Shown here: positions 27,854 to 41,312 of the stretch, piece by piece
Position numbering within the stretch: position 1 is the stretch's first letter
Layout of the letters: the number at the start of each line of letters is the position of its first letter
Assembly (NCBI GenBank): GCA_001244265.2
Contig: CDLV01000013.1
Coordinates: forward strand, 310,001 to 374,000
DNA from: Microbotryum violaceum
Taxonomy: Eukaryota
DNA length: 64,000 nt
Direction: 5' to 3'
Notes under the pieces: model-generated
Databases searched by the model: none
Told to the model about the DNA's origin: nothing
Seen by the model: only the letters and a program-made list of their open reading frames with translations
Translations under genes and position numbers: made by a program

Positions 27854-30800
27854 ATGCCGTCGCCGCGATACAACGACCGTGCGCACGACTATGGGCCTGC
27901 GGACCCCAACCCGATGGCGTCGACGTGGATGACGCCATTCGAGACTTCACCGAGCTCGTCCACTTCGAGCTCATCGCAGACGCCGGCGATAGCCCCTACA
28001 CCAGCTGCGACAACATCGACACACCCCAGAGCCGACGATCAGCCCCCGAGTCAGGGTCAGGCGCATGCCGCGCAAGCCGCTCAACAAGCTCAAGGCTCGG
28101 CCGGCTATGGCGACCACCCCGACGGAAACGGCGGAAACGGCACGTCGACCGAGAAGCGATCAAAGTCGTGTGCGCCATGTCGGCTGCGTCGAGTCAGGTG
28201 CGAGAGACCACCCGGGGAGAGCGACTGTATTGCGTGTACGACCCGCAACTTGCCGTAAGTTGGCTTCGGAGCTGCATCCCTCTACAGCAGTGGCCCAGGG
28301 GGGGGGGGGACGTTCCGCGTCTTGTCCGATCCGCGCAGAAAGCTGTCGGCAACTGTCGCGCTCGACCGGCGTTCCCTGCGCTGTGTCAGCTTGCTAGCAG
28401 CCTCTGCCGCTGCACGTGTTGCTGCGCCCTGCACTCGAGTGGTGCTGATTGCCGAGAGAGGTTGTGTCCCTGCCTCCCCATAATACACTTACAGCTGTAC
28501 ACCTATGCCGGCCAAGCCACGGGCCAAGGTCATATCACGGGAGGGGAAGCGCATACAGCAAGCCAGGTCAGTGTCACGTTCACGCCCAGGACCTTCGTGG
28601 GCCTGGCTGTCCCGGCGACGGCACGTGACCCATGAAACGTCCACTGACGCGGACCTTGGCTCCGTGAACTGTGGTCAGAGCTATCTTTGGTGAAGTAGGA
28701 GCAAATTCAGCGTCGTCCACTGCTTCGACCTTGCAGGCACCGCCTTCTGTTTCGCCGTATTGGGCCAGTGTGTCGTCGGCCTCGACTCCACCCACCACCG
28801 AATCCGAGTCCGAGTCCTCCCGCTTGACCGCGCTCATCGCAACACTCACCGAACGAGCGGCCCAAGGAAGCCCCAGTATCTCCCATTCAGATTCAGAGTC
28901 CAGGCTGGCCATGACTGAGGTACAAGGCGCTTTGACCGCGAGCTTGCTGGATGGTCAGTCATCATCCCGGGGGAGAATCATTGCCTGGAGCTTCAGCGCT
29001 GACAATGTTACATTGACTGATCGATCACGCAGCTCACTGCAAAGTGAGCAATTAGACAATCAAATCAAAAGAACTATATCTACTAACGTCATGATCTGTG
29101 ATAGGAAGCTCCCACGATCGCATTGCTTGAAGAGGTGAACCTCAAGACAGCCTTTGATATTGCCGGTAGAAGAATCGTCAGTGACGCTTCCCCGACCTGA
29201 TCGAGGAAGTCTACTCATACTTACCAGCGGGGTATCGCATACCAGAGCCACCTCGATGATGCTTATCAAGTTTATTGCAAAGTCGTTCTTGCGCTCGGGG
29301 CTCGAACGTCGGATCATCCTCTGCTGATCGGCACTTCGGCTCCCCTGATATCCGAGCTGGCGGCACTCGCGAAACACGGCAAAGACTTGCGAGAGTACGG
29401 CGCACGGCGCGAACACGCCTGCCGCGTGCTCCTACAAGATGCTCTCGATATGGCAGATCGGAAAGGCACACTGAGAAACGCGACGCCCGAGGCTGTCACA
29501 ACCCTACTCTTGATCGAAAGTTTGGTCGACTATTCAGGGGATATCTGGTCAGTGCATCGGGCCTCTGCATCTTCATCGTCCTTTGACATCTGCTTCGAGT
29601 CAAGAAGGCTAATACCCTGTTGTTCGACCTAGGCATTTCGACCGCCCATACTCCAACGCTTACAATGGCCATACGAAAGCATTGATGGAGGCCGAGAATG
29701 CGGTTCGTGAAGCGGGCGGGGATCCGAAGCCGAGTAATGTGGTCGGTGACGTCGCCCGGTGGACGGCCTTCACTAGGGACGCCATGGCAAGCGCCTACAC
29801 GGGCCAAGCTCCGAGATTTTCTGAAGACGATCTCTTCATCATGGTCAGTTTGCTGAGGTGCGGGACAATATTCACTGCTTCCGCTGCTCATCGACGCACC
29901 TCCCATGGGACCACAGCTCGCCGACAATCAATTCGACACGCCACTCGTGGAAGTCATTCAGAGAGGCGAGCTGCCAAACAAAATTGAGAGCTTCTGGCAC
30001 TTATTTGGATGCTACATGTTCCATCTATGCGCGCTTGCGCGTAAGACGCCGGAGAAATTGACCGGACCTCGGTGCGTGTGGTCGCTAGGCGTAGAAGCGC
30101 TAAGCACCGACCCAATTTGACGTAATTGTCGATATGCAGGGCCCGACGAAAACCACTGGATCTTGTCTTTGCTGCAGAGTTCATCCACCAAGTTGAGATC
30201 GCTGAGATGGCGTTGCCGCACTTGTTGCGTCGAGCCGAGATCTTTGAGGAGGCTTTCGACCAGATTGGCATCAGCAAAAAGCATGAGCTCATGGCAATTC
30301 ATACACTCGTGAGGAATTTCCGGATCAGCATGTGGTACATGTGAGTTGGGAAGTTTTATTTGATGCCGCGAGCTCAGGAACCGGGGTAATTGACGACGTG
30401 AAACCTCTATAATCGGTGCGCGCTCTCAGGTACCTCCTCCTAGCCAAAATCGTTCGGCAACGCGTCGGTGCTCGGCCTTCACCGGGTCATCGAGCGACGA
30501 TCAGGGAGGTCGGACTATGGCCCATAAGTTCGTCGCCCAGGGATGACGAGGACGCAAACTACTGGTCCCAGATGATCTTGCTGCGTAACCAACTGGAGGA
30601 AAAGTCGTTTTACTCTGTTCGTGCCATCATTGGCGTGGTGGAAGAAACGATCCAGCTCGATCTACCTCTGGGGATGTTTGAATGGCTCGACGTGCGAGGA
30701 ATCCAAATTTTGTTCTCGAGGCTTCCTCTGTGGACCAAGTTCTTGATCGACGTCCCTACAATCGAACAAGAAGGGCCCTTCCCCGACTGGACGTTTGCGG

Positions 30801-31273
30801 TCAAACTCGACACGCTCGGAACGGTGCTCAAGGCACTTCACTCGGTCGGCTGGCAATCAGAACGCTTGGCCCGACCCGCGGATTGGATCAGCGACGAGAT
30901 TCGGGGCCTCAAGTTGCAGCAGTATGAATGCTGGCAGCGACGGGCCTGTCCGCCTGCACCCGTACCGACTCATTCGGGAATCGTGCCACCACTGGGCAGA
31001 GCTGGCTCATACGACTTCGGCGTAGGCCCGAACCTCGCTTTCCTTTCCAACACATCGACCCACGCCCCTGCCCCTGTATTTCCCAACATCGCCCCCGGAT
31101 GGGACCTTCCGAGTCACTTACCCACCAATACCCCCAACAACAGCTCGCAACTGGATGATCTTGGGCCCGCTCCCCAACCCAGAGTGTGGACCGACGTCGA
31201 GATTCAGAAATTCCTCGATGATGCCTCGACAATGGGATTGGGCTCAATGCAAGGGTCAAATCGTGAGCACTGA
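27854..31273 (+). CDS. Zn(II)2Cys6 fungal transcription factor
   Basis: SCAPCRLRRVRCERPPGESDCIACTTRNLP|C cluster split by an intron, followed by multi-exon helical region. Confidence 0.85.
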
Positions 31274-31690
31274 GTCACTGAGGCTGCCACCATCCTTTAC
31301 TAAGGGCTGCACTAACGCAGGTCTTGTTCTCTGGTAGCCTTGAACCTGGACTTCTCGTCGGTCTTCACTCAGTGGAAGTGAATTCTCGCAAGCTTCTCTA
31401 ACCAATATACATATCCGCCTTGGTCGCATTTTGCCCTTTAACCTTCTTCGAATCTCCATCGTTCCGTCTTGCTGTTGCGACTTGTTGTATTTACCACACA
31501 TTTGTTCCGCACGTGAATCGAAGCGCGCCGATCATGTGCCCGTTTGCCAAGCCAGGAAAGGCAGCCCGAGCTCGGTCCGGGCTGCAATCAAATCCGACTC
31601 GCTGGAATCCCCCTGACCGGTACTCCCGTAATCTCAATGTTTGCAACCTGGGGCTGAGCTCCTACCTCCATCCGCTGAGCTAAAGTGGTG

Positions 31691-33468
31691 ATGTCGAGCT
31701 TTGCACGGGAGGCTTTGACAGCTCTCGAGCTCCAAGCCGATCCACTCGCTCTCAAAGGTCCTCTACTCCCACCCTTGTCCCCCAAAGCCACGATCCCATC
31801 GGCGCAGCTCCCCACACGGCGTCGACCACGGCAATCCCCGTTCGGCAAGGACAAACATCCGGAATGGGTCCTCGATTTTTTTCATTGTGCCCGCGGCGTT
31901 TCCTAGGTCCGTTAAAGGGAGCACCAAAAAACCCACGACCACAGCTTTAGATACAAGGCCGGCTCGGTTAGTACCCGCTCGGCCCGACACCAGCACTCTC
32001 GACTCGGATTCCGCCCCCGTGGCCGCCTCAAGAAAGTCTCCACGGATCGATCCACAAGAAGCTGTACATGACCTCCTACAAGCACAGCTACATGGACTGA
32101 GAAATCCGACTCGACTGAGTGATAAAGCAGAGTTGCAGGAACAAGAACAGATGTTTCTTGCCCTCAATCGATTTCGCAAATCGACGTCTCCGAGGTGGAG
32201 CCCGTCGGCGCAGAATCGTACCGAAGCGAAGGAAAGCGAGCCGTGCTTGACGCTGGTTATGGCACATGCGAATGGGTTTCATAAAGGTGAGAGGAGAGCT
32301 GCGGATTTGATTTGACGTTGACGAAGGCTGACCGAACCGAATATGGCTGGTGGTATTCGCAGAAACGTTCGAGCCGATGATATCGGACCTGCTCGACCGG
32401 ATGGGGCCCGAAACATGGGAGGCGGAAGAGATCTGGACCATCGATACCTTTAGTCAAGGAGATAGTGCACTCATGAACGACAAAGTCATAGGAACGGCCT
32501 GTAAGCAGAATGCTCCGCGTGAATTTTCCGAGCTCGAAAAGTTCTGAACTTAGGCTTCTGCTACAGTCAATTGGGCCGATCACGCCCGAGACATTCTCAA
32601 CTTTCTTATCTCGTACCTTCCCGACCCGTCGTCTCCGGATCCAAAACGCTCGTGTCTACCCTACCTGTTTCCGATTCACCCCACCACGCTTGAGCTCGAC
32701 CAAAAGCCCCTTTTGCCTGGGATGTCGACGCCCTCGAACCGAGTGTATCGCAATCGCCTAGTCATCGGCCTCGGGCACAGCATCAGTGGAGGAGCGATGG
32801 TAACCGCTGCAAGTGCCCAACCGAACCTCTTCTCTGCAATCCTCCTCGTCGATCCAGGGGCTGCTCCACCTTATCAACTCAACCGTGACCAGCCGAGTAC
32901 CATGCAGGATTGGTCGATCGGAGCCTTCGTTCGGAAAGAGCGGTGGGCATCGAGAGCGAAAGCTCGAGAGAGTCTGAAGGAAAAGATGGTGTTCCAAAGG
33001 TGGGACGAGAGATGCCTCGACAAGTACGTCGAATTTGGAACGATATAATTGCCCGATAGTGCAGGGGTGAGGCTGAAGACTCGGCCTAAGGATGAAACGG
33101 TGAGCCTGTCAATCCTAGACGGATCCTGTGCTGTCTTCATTGAACATTTCATTCTGGTTCACTTCCAGTTGGCCTATGGTGATCCTTGCGGTGTCAGTTC
33201 ACGAAGGTGCGGTGGCCGCTTACCCCTCATTCCCACCATACTCCCCGTCCATTTCATATGGCCCGAAGAAGGATGCTCCGTTCTGGACGAAGAGTCGATC
33301 GCCGACACGATGCGTGCGATTCCGCATGCCACGTACGCGAGAGCAGAAGGGGCGCATCTGTTGGTGCAAGAGAATCCGGCAGGTACTGCGGGAGAGTTGG
33401 CCAAGTTCTTGAAGAAATTTATCTCCAAAGGCAAGGAGAGGCAGCTTTGCGGTAAAGCGAGGCTGTGA
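31691..33468 (+). pseudogene. Disrupted paralog of the 15-17 kb alpha/beta hydrolase
   Basis: Same motifs (KGPLLP, VPAAFPRS, HANGFHK, GHSISG) and similar intron positions; +1 frameshift in T7 run at 31876-31882 and in-frame TAA at 33046-33048. Confidence 0.75.
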
Positions 33469-34146
33469 TTAGAAACTTGCCAGGCGCAAGAAGCAGGGTA
33501 TGTAATCTCTCCCCGAGCCGACGATTTCGAAGCAGACATAATCGAGATTGTTAGGGGAACTGAAAGATGGCAGGCTACGGCAAAAAAGCCCAGAAAGACA
33601 AGTTGCGCAAACTAGGCGAACGGTCTTGAATAAGGGGGGTGTAGGCGGAACAGTAATAGGGCGGTAGAATTGAAATTGAAGATTTGGGAAAATGCCGCAA
33701 GAATAACAAATGGACGTGGGACTCAAATGATAATGGGAGACAGCACCTCTTGTGGTTGGGGCTAGCCACGGGGTGCCTTAGATCTGGGAGGTAGAGAGGG
33801 GCAGGATGAAACGAATGAGTTGTTGCTTTGACCGACGAAGACGGTTGGTGGCGTCAGTACGTGGCGAAAGGAGAGTGAAACATCTGGTAGGATTAGAAGG
33901 GAGGGGGGCACAAATTTGAAGTCCCTTTTTCCGAAGCGCAGGCGAGGGTGTAGAATGCGACCCCGCCATCTTTCGAGCGGGGCGGGGGTAGGTCGTAACG
34001 AATAGACGCGGGTCGTAAAAGTGAAAGCAGGCGATAGAGAACAATTGCGCTGGACGGAATAGGTTGGGCCCTCGAGGCGATTACAAGGAGAAGGGCCGGG
34101 GGCTTCACGGAGCAAGGCGGACGATCGAGGCAGAGGCCGCTCGAGA

Positions 34147-35510
34147 TCATGCCCAGATCTGTGTTGGAGCACAAAAGAATAGAGCCCATTAGCCAACATG
34201 TTCCCAAGACCTTGGCACAATTCAAATCACATACCTTGAGTGTACTATCCCAAGACCCCGTACAAAGCGCCATCCCGTCCTGACTGACACCAAGACAGCT
34301 GACGCGGTTCTCATGCCCCGCCAACACTCCGACCCTCTCCCCTTTCAGTGTGTCCCAAACGTTGCAGTTGAAGTCGTCGTACCCGGCAAATATGATACGG
34401 CCCGACACGGAAAACCCGACCGAGGTGATGCCGCAGAGCACGTTGTCGTGGGTGTAAGAGTTGAGTTCCCGATCGGCTCGAAGGTCGAATAATCGACACG
34501 AGGCATCGTCCGATCCTGTTGCGAATGCGTCGCCATTCGGGAAAAATCTGGGAAAGGTAGAGGCAAGTAGTATTCAGCTAAAAAGGACCCGTGCACGACG
34601 CGACTCGGTTCGGTCGACATGGAAGGAGCGGGACTCACTGTACGGCGTTGATATCTGATTCGTGGCCTGTAAATGTCTGTACCGCTTTGCCCGTTCGAAT
34701 GTCCCATACTTTGGCTGTTGCATCGCATGCGCCCGAGACGAAAAGATTCTGGTTCGGCCCCAGGGACAGACTGTGTGGGAAATGTTCGAAAAGCGAGATT
34801 TGTCAGAAGCCTGAGACTATGCTTGTTGAGGGGAAGCACGTACCTCATGACATCCCCAGTGTGATCATTGAACTCGATCACGCGCACTCCAGCGTCAACA
34901 TCCCACAGCATGCACGTCATGTCTCCCGACGACGTCAGCACCTGCCGATCGTTGAGGAAGCGGCAGCACGACAGATACCCCGTGTGGGCCGACAATTCCC
35001 GTGCGACCTTTGCCGTCCCTTCTTTGGAACGCAGGTTGTAGATGGAGCACACGTTGTCGAGACCACCGCAAGCGACAAAATTGCCGGAGGGGGAGTAGGC
35101 GCACGTCATGACCCACGAGGACCGGAGCGGGATCGCGTGGACCTTGTTGGTCGTGTAGGCGTCCCAGACGATGAGTTTACCATCCTGCGACGCCGAGACA
35201 AGATGTCGCTTGTCCTGAGACCAATGCATGGCGTAGATCTTGGCGAGATGGCCTTTGAGTGTCCGCCGTGGTCGCATGGCAATCCGTGGTAAGGGATCAA
35301 TTTCGTGGGCCATTGAGCGTACTGTGGGTAGGCGGGAGCGCGATTGGGCCAATCAGGGGCCTGTCAGGCAGTGGAAAAACACACCAAATGACAGTGTCAC
35401 TCACGAGATGTATCGGCCAATTGTTCTCGCTTTGCGCGAATCTTCTCCTTCAGGTTCTCGGCCTCTCGCCTCGCGGCGGCGATCTTTTCCTGGATCTCGG
35501 TCGCGGACAT
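34147..35510 (-). CDS. GPB1: Heterotrimeric G-protein beta subunit
   Basis: [21 protein letters not shown] coiled coil; [40 protein letters not shown]. Confidence 0.97.
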
Positions 35511-38404
35511 GGTTCACCGAGTACTCGAGAGGACGAGGGGGATAGGTGAGCGTGAGGTGTGGGGTGTGGGAGAGGAGGGTGCTTTGACTCGAGATTGCAC
35601 GAGGCGAGGTCGCGATGCGAAGGGATGTGGTAGCGAGGGCGAAGCCGTGATCGAACGGGGTCGAGCTTAAAAGGGTGGGTGGGGGGGGGGGGGGGGGGAA
35701 CAATGGGCCGGGCGCGTTGGCGACGGCTCACCACAAAGACCGAGCCGGGCTTGCAGGCCTGCCTTGGGATCAGGTTGCGCTCGCTGAGCGAAGGGGGCAG
35801 CTCCAAGGGTTGGGACTGATAACGTGGTTAGGAGAACCCAAGTCAGCAAATGAAGAAAAGGTGGAAAGGGATAGATAGGTACGAGTGGGGGTGTGTGCGT
35901 GGTCATGCCGCTGCTTCAGCATTATTCGGGCTGCCCATTGTCAGCGAGCCTCCCCCGCTGGCCCCCAAACTGGCCAGGGCTGGGCCAGGCTGGGGATCTC
36001 GCTGGGCCGGGAGGCAGGCTACGAGCGACCGGCGGGTGGCTGGGGGCGCGGCCCGACCGCCATCGCCCATCGCCCGCGCGCGTGGCGTGGCCTGCCCGCC
36101 CTGGCTTGCACAATTCAGCAAGAGCTGGCCGGCCGGCGTCGGAGGGGCCGCGCCAACCCACGGTGAACGGTCGTACGCGGTGCACGGCAGTCGTCCAAGC
36201 TGTCCAAGCCACACGAACCGGCCACGAGTTCAAGATCCAAACGTACCTGCGTCTGGAAGAGGTAACGAGCAGATGCGCGCTGCCGAGAGCGGTTGATCAC
36301 ACGCCCAGGGGTGGGTGGGGTCACGCTCAACGTCGACGGTCGACAGACGACGATGGCGCTGAGCTATGAGTCTGAGCTAGCTGGCGCCTGAGCGGGAGCC
36401 TTGTCGAGTCGGTCGCGGGCACAGGAGAGGGTGTCGCGATCGCCGTGCGGTCTCAAAAATCGGAACGGTGCGTTCTAGTCGTGCCACAGGTCGTGATCAC
36501 CAGTTCAACAAGCTCGAGGGCGCGATTAGACGTGTTTCGATGAGGTCGAGACGCTGTCGATCGAGCGCGGCGAGGGTGTGGTTTGTGGTGCTCGGTTCGG
36601 GTCCGTCGGTGCTCCCGCAGTTGGAGGGCGGCTCGCTGTAGCAACCAAAGTCGGATCGAAGCGGTGCGAGTCGAGTCAAGCAAGTTGCACTCGATCTGGA
36701 CACTATCACGAGGCTGGGGTGCAGGGGACGCGGTCGATCAGCGTGTGCAGGCTCAAAGGGGATCTTGGAGCGGGAAGCAACGCCCAGGAGAGGCGGGGGG
36801 CTTCGTCAAAGCCAGTCGTGAGAATCATCACAGCGATTGGCCAATACAAGCGCCCTCGGGCTGGATACTAATCTCGAATTGAGAGCGTGCCCGTGCGCGC
36901 CTCCCGGCCCGGCGCGCACCTTGACAGGGTCCAAACTTCTGACGTCCTGCAAAGACTTTTAGTCCGGTATTGTTTTGAATTAGATCTGAAAGAAAACATG
37001 GAGTGAATTTGCAAGCTATGTGGTCAAAGACTGCATCTTGAATTCGCAAACCAGCCTCGCAGGCTCACTCGCAGACGTACAAGCCCGTGACAAGGCTTAA
37101 GCTGAGTAGCCGCCGCCGCGCCGCCGCCCGCCCCCGAGGGAGCCCCGCCGGCTCTCCCCCGTGTGTCAATCAACACTTGGCATGATTTCATCGTCTCGAC
37201 CTTTGAGACCGTCGTAAGAATGGACGCTCTTGAACAACCCTGTTTAACCAGAATTTGTTCCGACCTGAGTTGCCGCTGACTGGTCGACGAGTCGACGACG
37301 TCGGACCAACCCGGGAGACAATACCTGTGATCGAAGGTGCAGTGCGAGTACCACATGGCCGCGGACTTGGGTGCTGGAGCGTCGATCGTTTGCCAAAAAT
37401 AAATTTGCGGTTGATTTTCAGAGTTGGTAATGTCCAACCGTGTCGGGTCCTCGGGAACAGGGTAGGAATCGATGCATGTGCATCAGCGCCCAACGGCCCG
37501 GTGATCGACGGGCAACGACGACGTGCTTCTCATGTGACAGAATGATTGATTCAGGTCGGCGAGGCATCTCCGAAGTCCAGGCCGGCGTGGTGCGACGGGC
37601 ACGGCGGACCTTCTCTTGGGGTAGCAGGCTCATCAACTACCTAGGTACTTTGACGCGTCGTCATAAGAAACTCACCTTATTACTGTTCAGCACAAAACTC
37701 TGACCAGATCCCGATTATTGCCGGTCAGCGATGCTTTCGGATTGAGGGACGCTGGCCGGCACACGTCCAGTCTGTGAAACTCACACTGTGCCTACTGCAG
37801 CTATCGTAAACCTATAGGGTAGGACCGAGTTCCCCTTTGTTTCAATGTCCACCCTCTGGAGACCGACTTAACAGCATTCCTCACTCTTGGTGCCTAGGGG
37901 CAGATAGATAGGTTTAAGGCACTAAAATCCGTCCGGTAGGCGATCGCACCGTTGGAGCGCAATTTTCACTGTGACTCGGCTGAGCAACCCCAGCAACCCT
38001 AGAAATACCCAGTTTGGCAATTGAAAAAGGAGAGCCTCCCAATCTGATTACACTTCCTGCCCAGTTGCCCAGAACCTTAATAAAGTGGAGGACTGTTTCA
38101 ACACGTCCTGCACTTCATCTCCTCGGACTACCGGAGCGTGGTCACCCTTAATCGCTTTCTTCCCCACACGAGATGTAATGTCATTTCCCGAGTCGAGCGA
38201 GGCTTTGGTACCTGGCCACATGGGGTTGTTCTCGATGTGCCCGTCGCGATGAGGATGTTGCACCTCTTTTGTTCTCCCCGTCCACAATCGCCCGACAACC
38301 TGACTACGGCGGCTGGGAAGGGCGACGTGGGGCGAGCAAGGTCGAGAGTCGAGTAGTGCGGCCCGTTTGCCCCGTGTTATTTCCGCGGACATGCTTGACA
38401 CCGT

Positions 38405-39360
38405 TCACCTAATCGTTTCATGTTGTTTCAATTCGATGGAATTGAATGATAATATGCCGTCCGCCATTTCGGGTCTGTTCGAGGGGTAGCAGAGGAAATT
38501 ATGTTCAGCATTTGTCTCGAATGCCGAGCACTCCTTTCGAGAATTCCCCAACTTGCTTCTTGGGAGCAAAGACTCTCAGTCCTCGGACGTGGGTGTCCTT
38601 GCCGTTCATATGGTTCGATACAATCGCTACTTGTAGCAGGTGCGCTCTGATTGGATCTCTGAGAATAGAGAATGGGCATCGACCATAACGAGCCGTCAAC
38701 CTCGGCAGTTCCAGATCCTGAGCGAGGGCGGGAAGAAAAACTCAACTGTTCACTCGAAAAACCGTCGACGTCATTGTTCCCAATCCTCAAATGTTGCCAT
38801 CCTGTAGGTTGGTGCAGGTCGACCCATTTGACTTCGTGTAGATCGCCGTGATGGGTGCCGACTCGGATAGAGATCTTTTGGGGCGTGTAAGAATCGTCGC
38901 GTCCGACGTCGGCGTATATGGAAATTTGCTGATGGGGATGTGCAGTGCCTCATTCTTCAGTGGTTGGCTCATCACTTTTTGGGAGAGAAAACTCTCATGG
39001 AAACCTGCGCTTACGACGATGGACTGCTTCTTTGGGAATTGAATGTTGATCAAGTGGGGCTGCCCACCTTCGCTCCTACGAGCGACGTCCAGGGGGGACG
39101 TGAGCGAGTCCGATTATTGCAATACGCAGAGTTACGGAAACACGCACTGCCACAGTGTGTTCAGGTTCGGATCCGAGAGGTGTCCTACGCCGTGGTTCGG
39201 CTTGGACGATGAGACGGACCACGCGGCCAAGGAGCCAATGTCGACCAAGTTCAACGACGTCGCGTCAAGTACGGTCGAATCTGAGGTGCGCAAGATGGCA
39301 TTAGCGGCATGCTACTGCTGTAAAAGAGGGAGAGAATGCGGAATGACCTTGTTCTGCCAT
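38405..39360 (-). CDS. APC10: Anaphase-promoting complex subunit 10 (Doc1)
   Basis: WSVSSSKPNHGV, WQSEGGQPHLINIQF, DDSYTPQKISIRVGT, NHMNGKDTHVR, C-terminal IR tail (KQHETIR*). Confidence 0.93.
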
Positions 39361-39534
39361 TGTTGCAGGTGAAAGAAGTGGGGATAGGAGAACCATGGCA
39401 AGCTATGGCAAGTCGAGTCGACGACGCGCGCCAAGCAAGTTTCGCGCTCTCCTTTCCGCCCCCACTTGGCTCCACTTGGCTTGCGAAGGCCGATTACGTG
39501 TCCATTGCTCCGCACCGGCATAGACCCAGCAGCT

Positions 39535-41211
39535 ATGCTTCAACGACTCGCTACGGCATCAACACGGCGAGGCTGGCCTTCGGGTCCCTGCACATGTTCT
39601 CACACAAGACGCCAAATCTCTTCCTCCTCCTCTCCCCCGTCACCGTCCTCGTCCCCAGCGACCAGCTCGACCCGCCCGACCCGCCTCGGTCCCCCAATTC
39701 CTGACCTCCATCAAGTCCTCCACGATCCCGAAGCGGTCAAGCTCAACCTCAAGCGACGCAACTCGCCCGTCCCGCCCTCCGTGGTCGATGAGCTCCGCAA
39801 CCTCGAGCACCACACGGCCCGACTCCGCTCGCAACTCCAGTCCGCTCGAGAAAGGAGGAACCAATTGACCCTACTCAACAAGGATCGCGAGACCATGACC
39901 GATGCTTCGAGGGAGGAAGCCAAGACGATCAAGGAACGTATCAAGCAACTTGAACCGGACTTGAACGAGCATCGAGCTAGAATGCAGTTTCTCGCCCTCA
40001 GTCTTCCGAATCGATCACATCCTTCTTCGCCCGTCGGTGCGGAGGATCAGGCCAAGCTCATCAAGTATCTGGGACCCAAAGTTGCGTCGAACGAACAGAG
40101 GGTATCGCTGAAGGATCACGCACGGTTATGCGCAACCGATTTGGATTGGACCGATTTCCCAACGGCCTCGTTGATCTCGGGCAATTCGTGGCCCATGTTA
40201 AAGAACACAGGTGCCAAGCTCGAGTTGGCGCTTACACAGTATGCACTCTCGATCGCGCTCAAGAATAAATTCGAACTCGTCCTACCACCCGATGTCGTAC
40301 GCAGCGAGATCGCAGAAAGGTGTGGGTTTCAACCCCGGGATCAAGGCGAGGCACAGCAAACCTATTTTCTCGGTGACGGGGGTGAAAGACCGAACCAGAA
40401 CGACCTCTGTCTCGTCGGAACGGCCGAGATCCCTCTCGTGTCCATGAATGCAGGTCAAAACTTCCGTGCTGAACAACTACCCAAACGCATCGTTGGGTTA
40501 GGGAGGGCTTTCCGAGCAGAAGCCGGGGCGAGGGGTCAAGAATCCAGAGGGTTGTATCGGGTCCACCAGTTCTCCAAGATCGAATTCGTCATCGTTTCAC
40601 CCGACGACCAATCGCAGAGGCTACTAGACGAGTTGGTGAGGTTACAGATCGAGATTCTCTCGGGCCTGGGATTGAGCTTGAGGGTTCTCGAAATGCCGAC
40701 GGAGGAATTGGGGGTCTCGGCTCAGAGGAAGGTCGATATCGAGGCTTGGATGCCTGGGAGGGGAAAATGGGGTGAAGTGTCGAGCGCCTCGAATTGCACG
40801 GATTGGCAAGCGAGGAGGTTGTTGATGCGGTACAGACCTTCCGGGAAGGAGCAGGAGACGGAAGGGATTAGGAAGGAACAAGGGAAGGAACTTGAAGACC
40901 TCAACATTCCTACACCGGCGGCATTGGAAGCGACGGCGCTTTATCCATCTCAGTTCGAGAATCCAGCCCCGGCCTCCTCAAGTGGAAGCGGAAATGTGTG
41001 GTGTCATACCCTCAATGCGACGGCCGCTGCGATCCCTAGGCTCATCGTCGCGATCATGGAGAATGGCGTCGTTTTGGACCGAGAGGGCAAGGTCGAGAGG
41101 GTTCGGTTGCCGGGGTGTTTGAAGAGGTGGTGGTTGGAAGGTGGCAAGGCCGATGAAAGGATAATAGAATGGGTGGATGAAGGAGAGGCGCCAAGTATTA
41201 GTAGCGAGTGA
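39535..41211 (+). CDS. DIA4: Seryl-tRNA synthetase, mitochondrial type
   Basis: Targeting-like N-terminus, coiled-coil arm, LVGTAEIP, FRAEAG..RGLYRVHQFSKIE, DIEAWMPG, EVSSASNCTDWQARRL, HTLNATA. Confidence 0.93.
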   Translation: MLQRLATASTRRGWPSGPCTCSHTRRQISSSSSPPSPSSSPATSSTRPTRLGPPIPDLHQVLHDPEAVKLNLKRRNSPVPPSVVDELRNLEHHTARLRSQLQSARERRNQLTLLNKDRETMTDASREEAKTIKERIKQLEPDLNEHRARMQFLALSLPNRSHPSSPVGAEDQAKLIKYLGPKVASNEQRVSLKDHARLCATDLDWTDFPTASLISGNSWPMLKNTGAKLELALTQYALSIALKNKFELVLPPDVVRSEIAERCGFQPRDQGEAQQTYFLGDGGERPNQNDLCLVGTAEIPLVSMNAGQNFRAEQLPKRIVGLGRAFRAEAGARGQESRGLYRVHQFSKIEFVIVSPDDQSQRLLDELVRLQIEILSGLGLSLRVLEMPTEELGVSAQRKVDIEAWMPGRGKWGEVSSASNCTDWQARRLLMRYRPSGKEQETEGIRKEQGKELEDLNIPTPAALEATALYPSQFENPAPASSSGSGNVWCHTLNATAAAIPRLIVAIMENGVVLDREGKVERVRLPGCLKRWWLEGGKADERIIEWVDEGEAPSISSE

Positions 41212-41312
41212 TCTTGGCATTACAAATGCACGATCTGCAGGCAGAATTGGATCCAGAGCGAGAGAAGACGTAAAAGTGGCAGTGATTATTACAAACAGTC
41301 CTCGCAACAGCA

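Noticed and set aside
34147-35510. Mating-type locus implied by G-beta
   Set aside because: No pheromone, STE3 receptor or homeodomain gene seen
35673-35698. Poly-G tract as regulatory G-quadruplex
   Set aside because: Simple homopolymer with unreliable length; similar runs at ~4676, ~27017 and ~28298
37985-38010. Telomerase RNA template (AACCC repeats)
   Set aside because: No ~1.5x CCCTAA template; matches too short
17256-39360. APC2 and APC10 as a functional cluster
   Set aside because: 18 kb apart with unrelated genes between; chance linkage is sufficient
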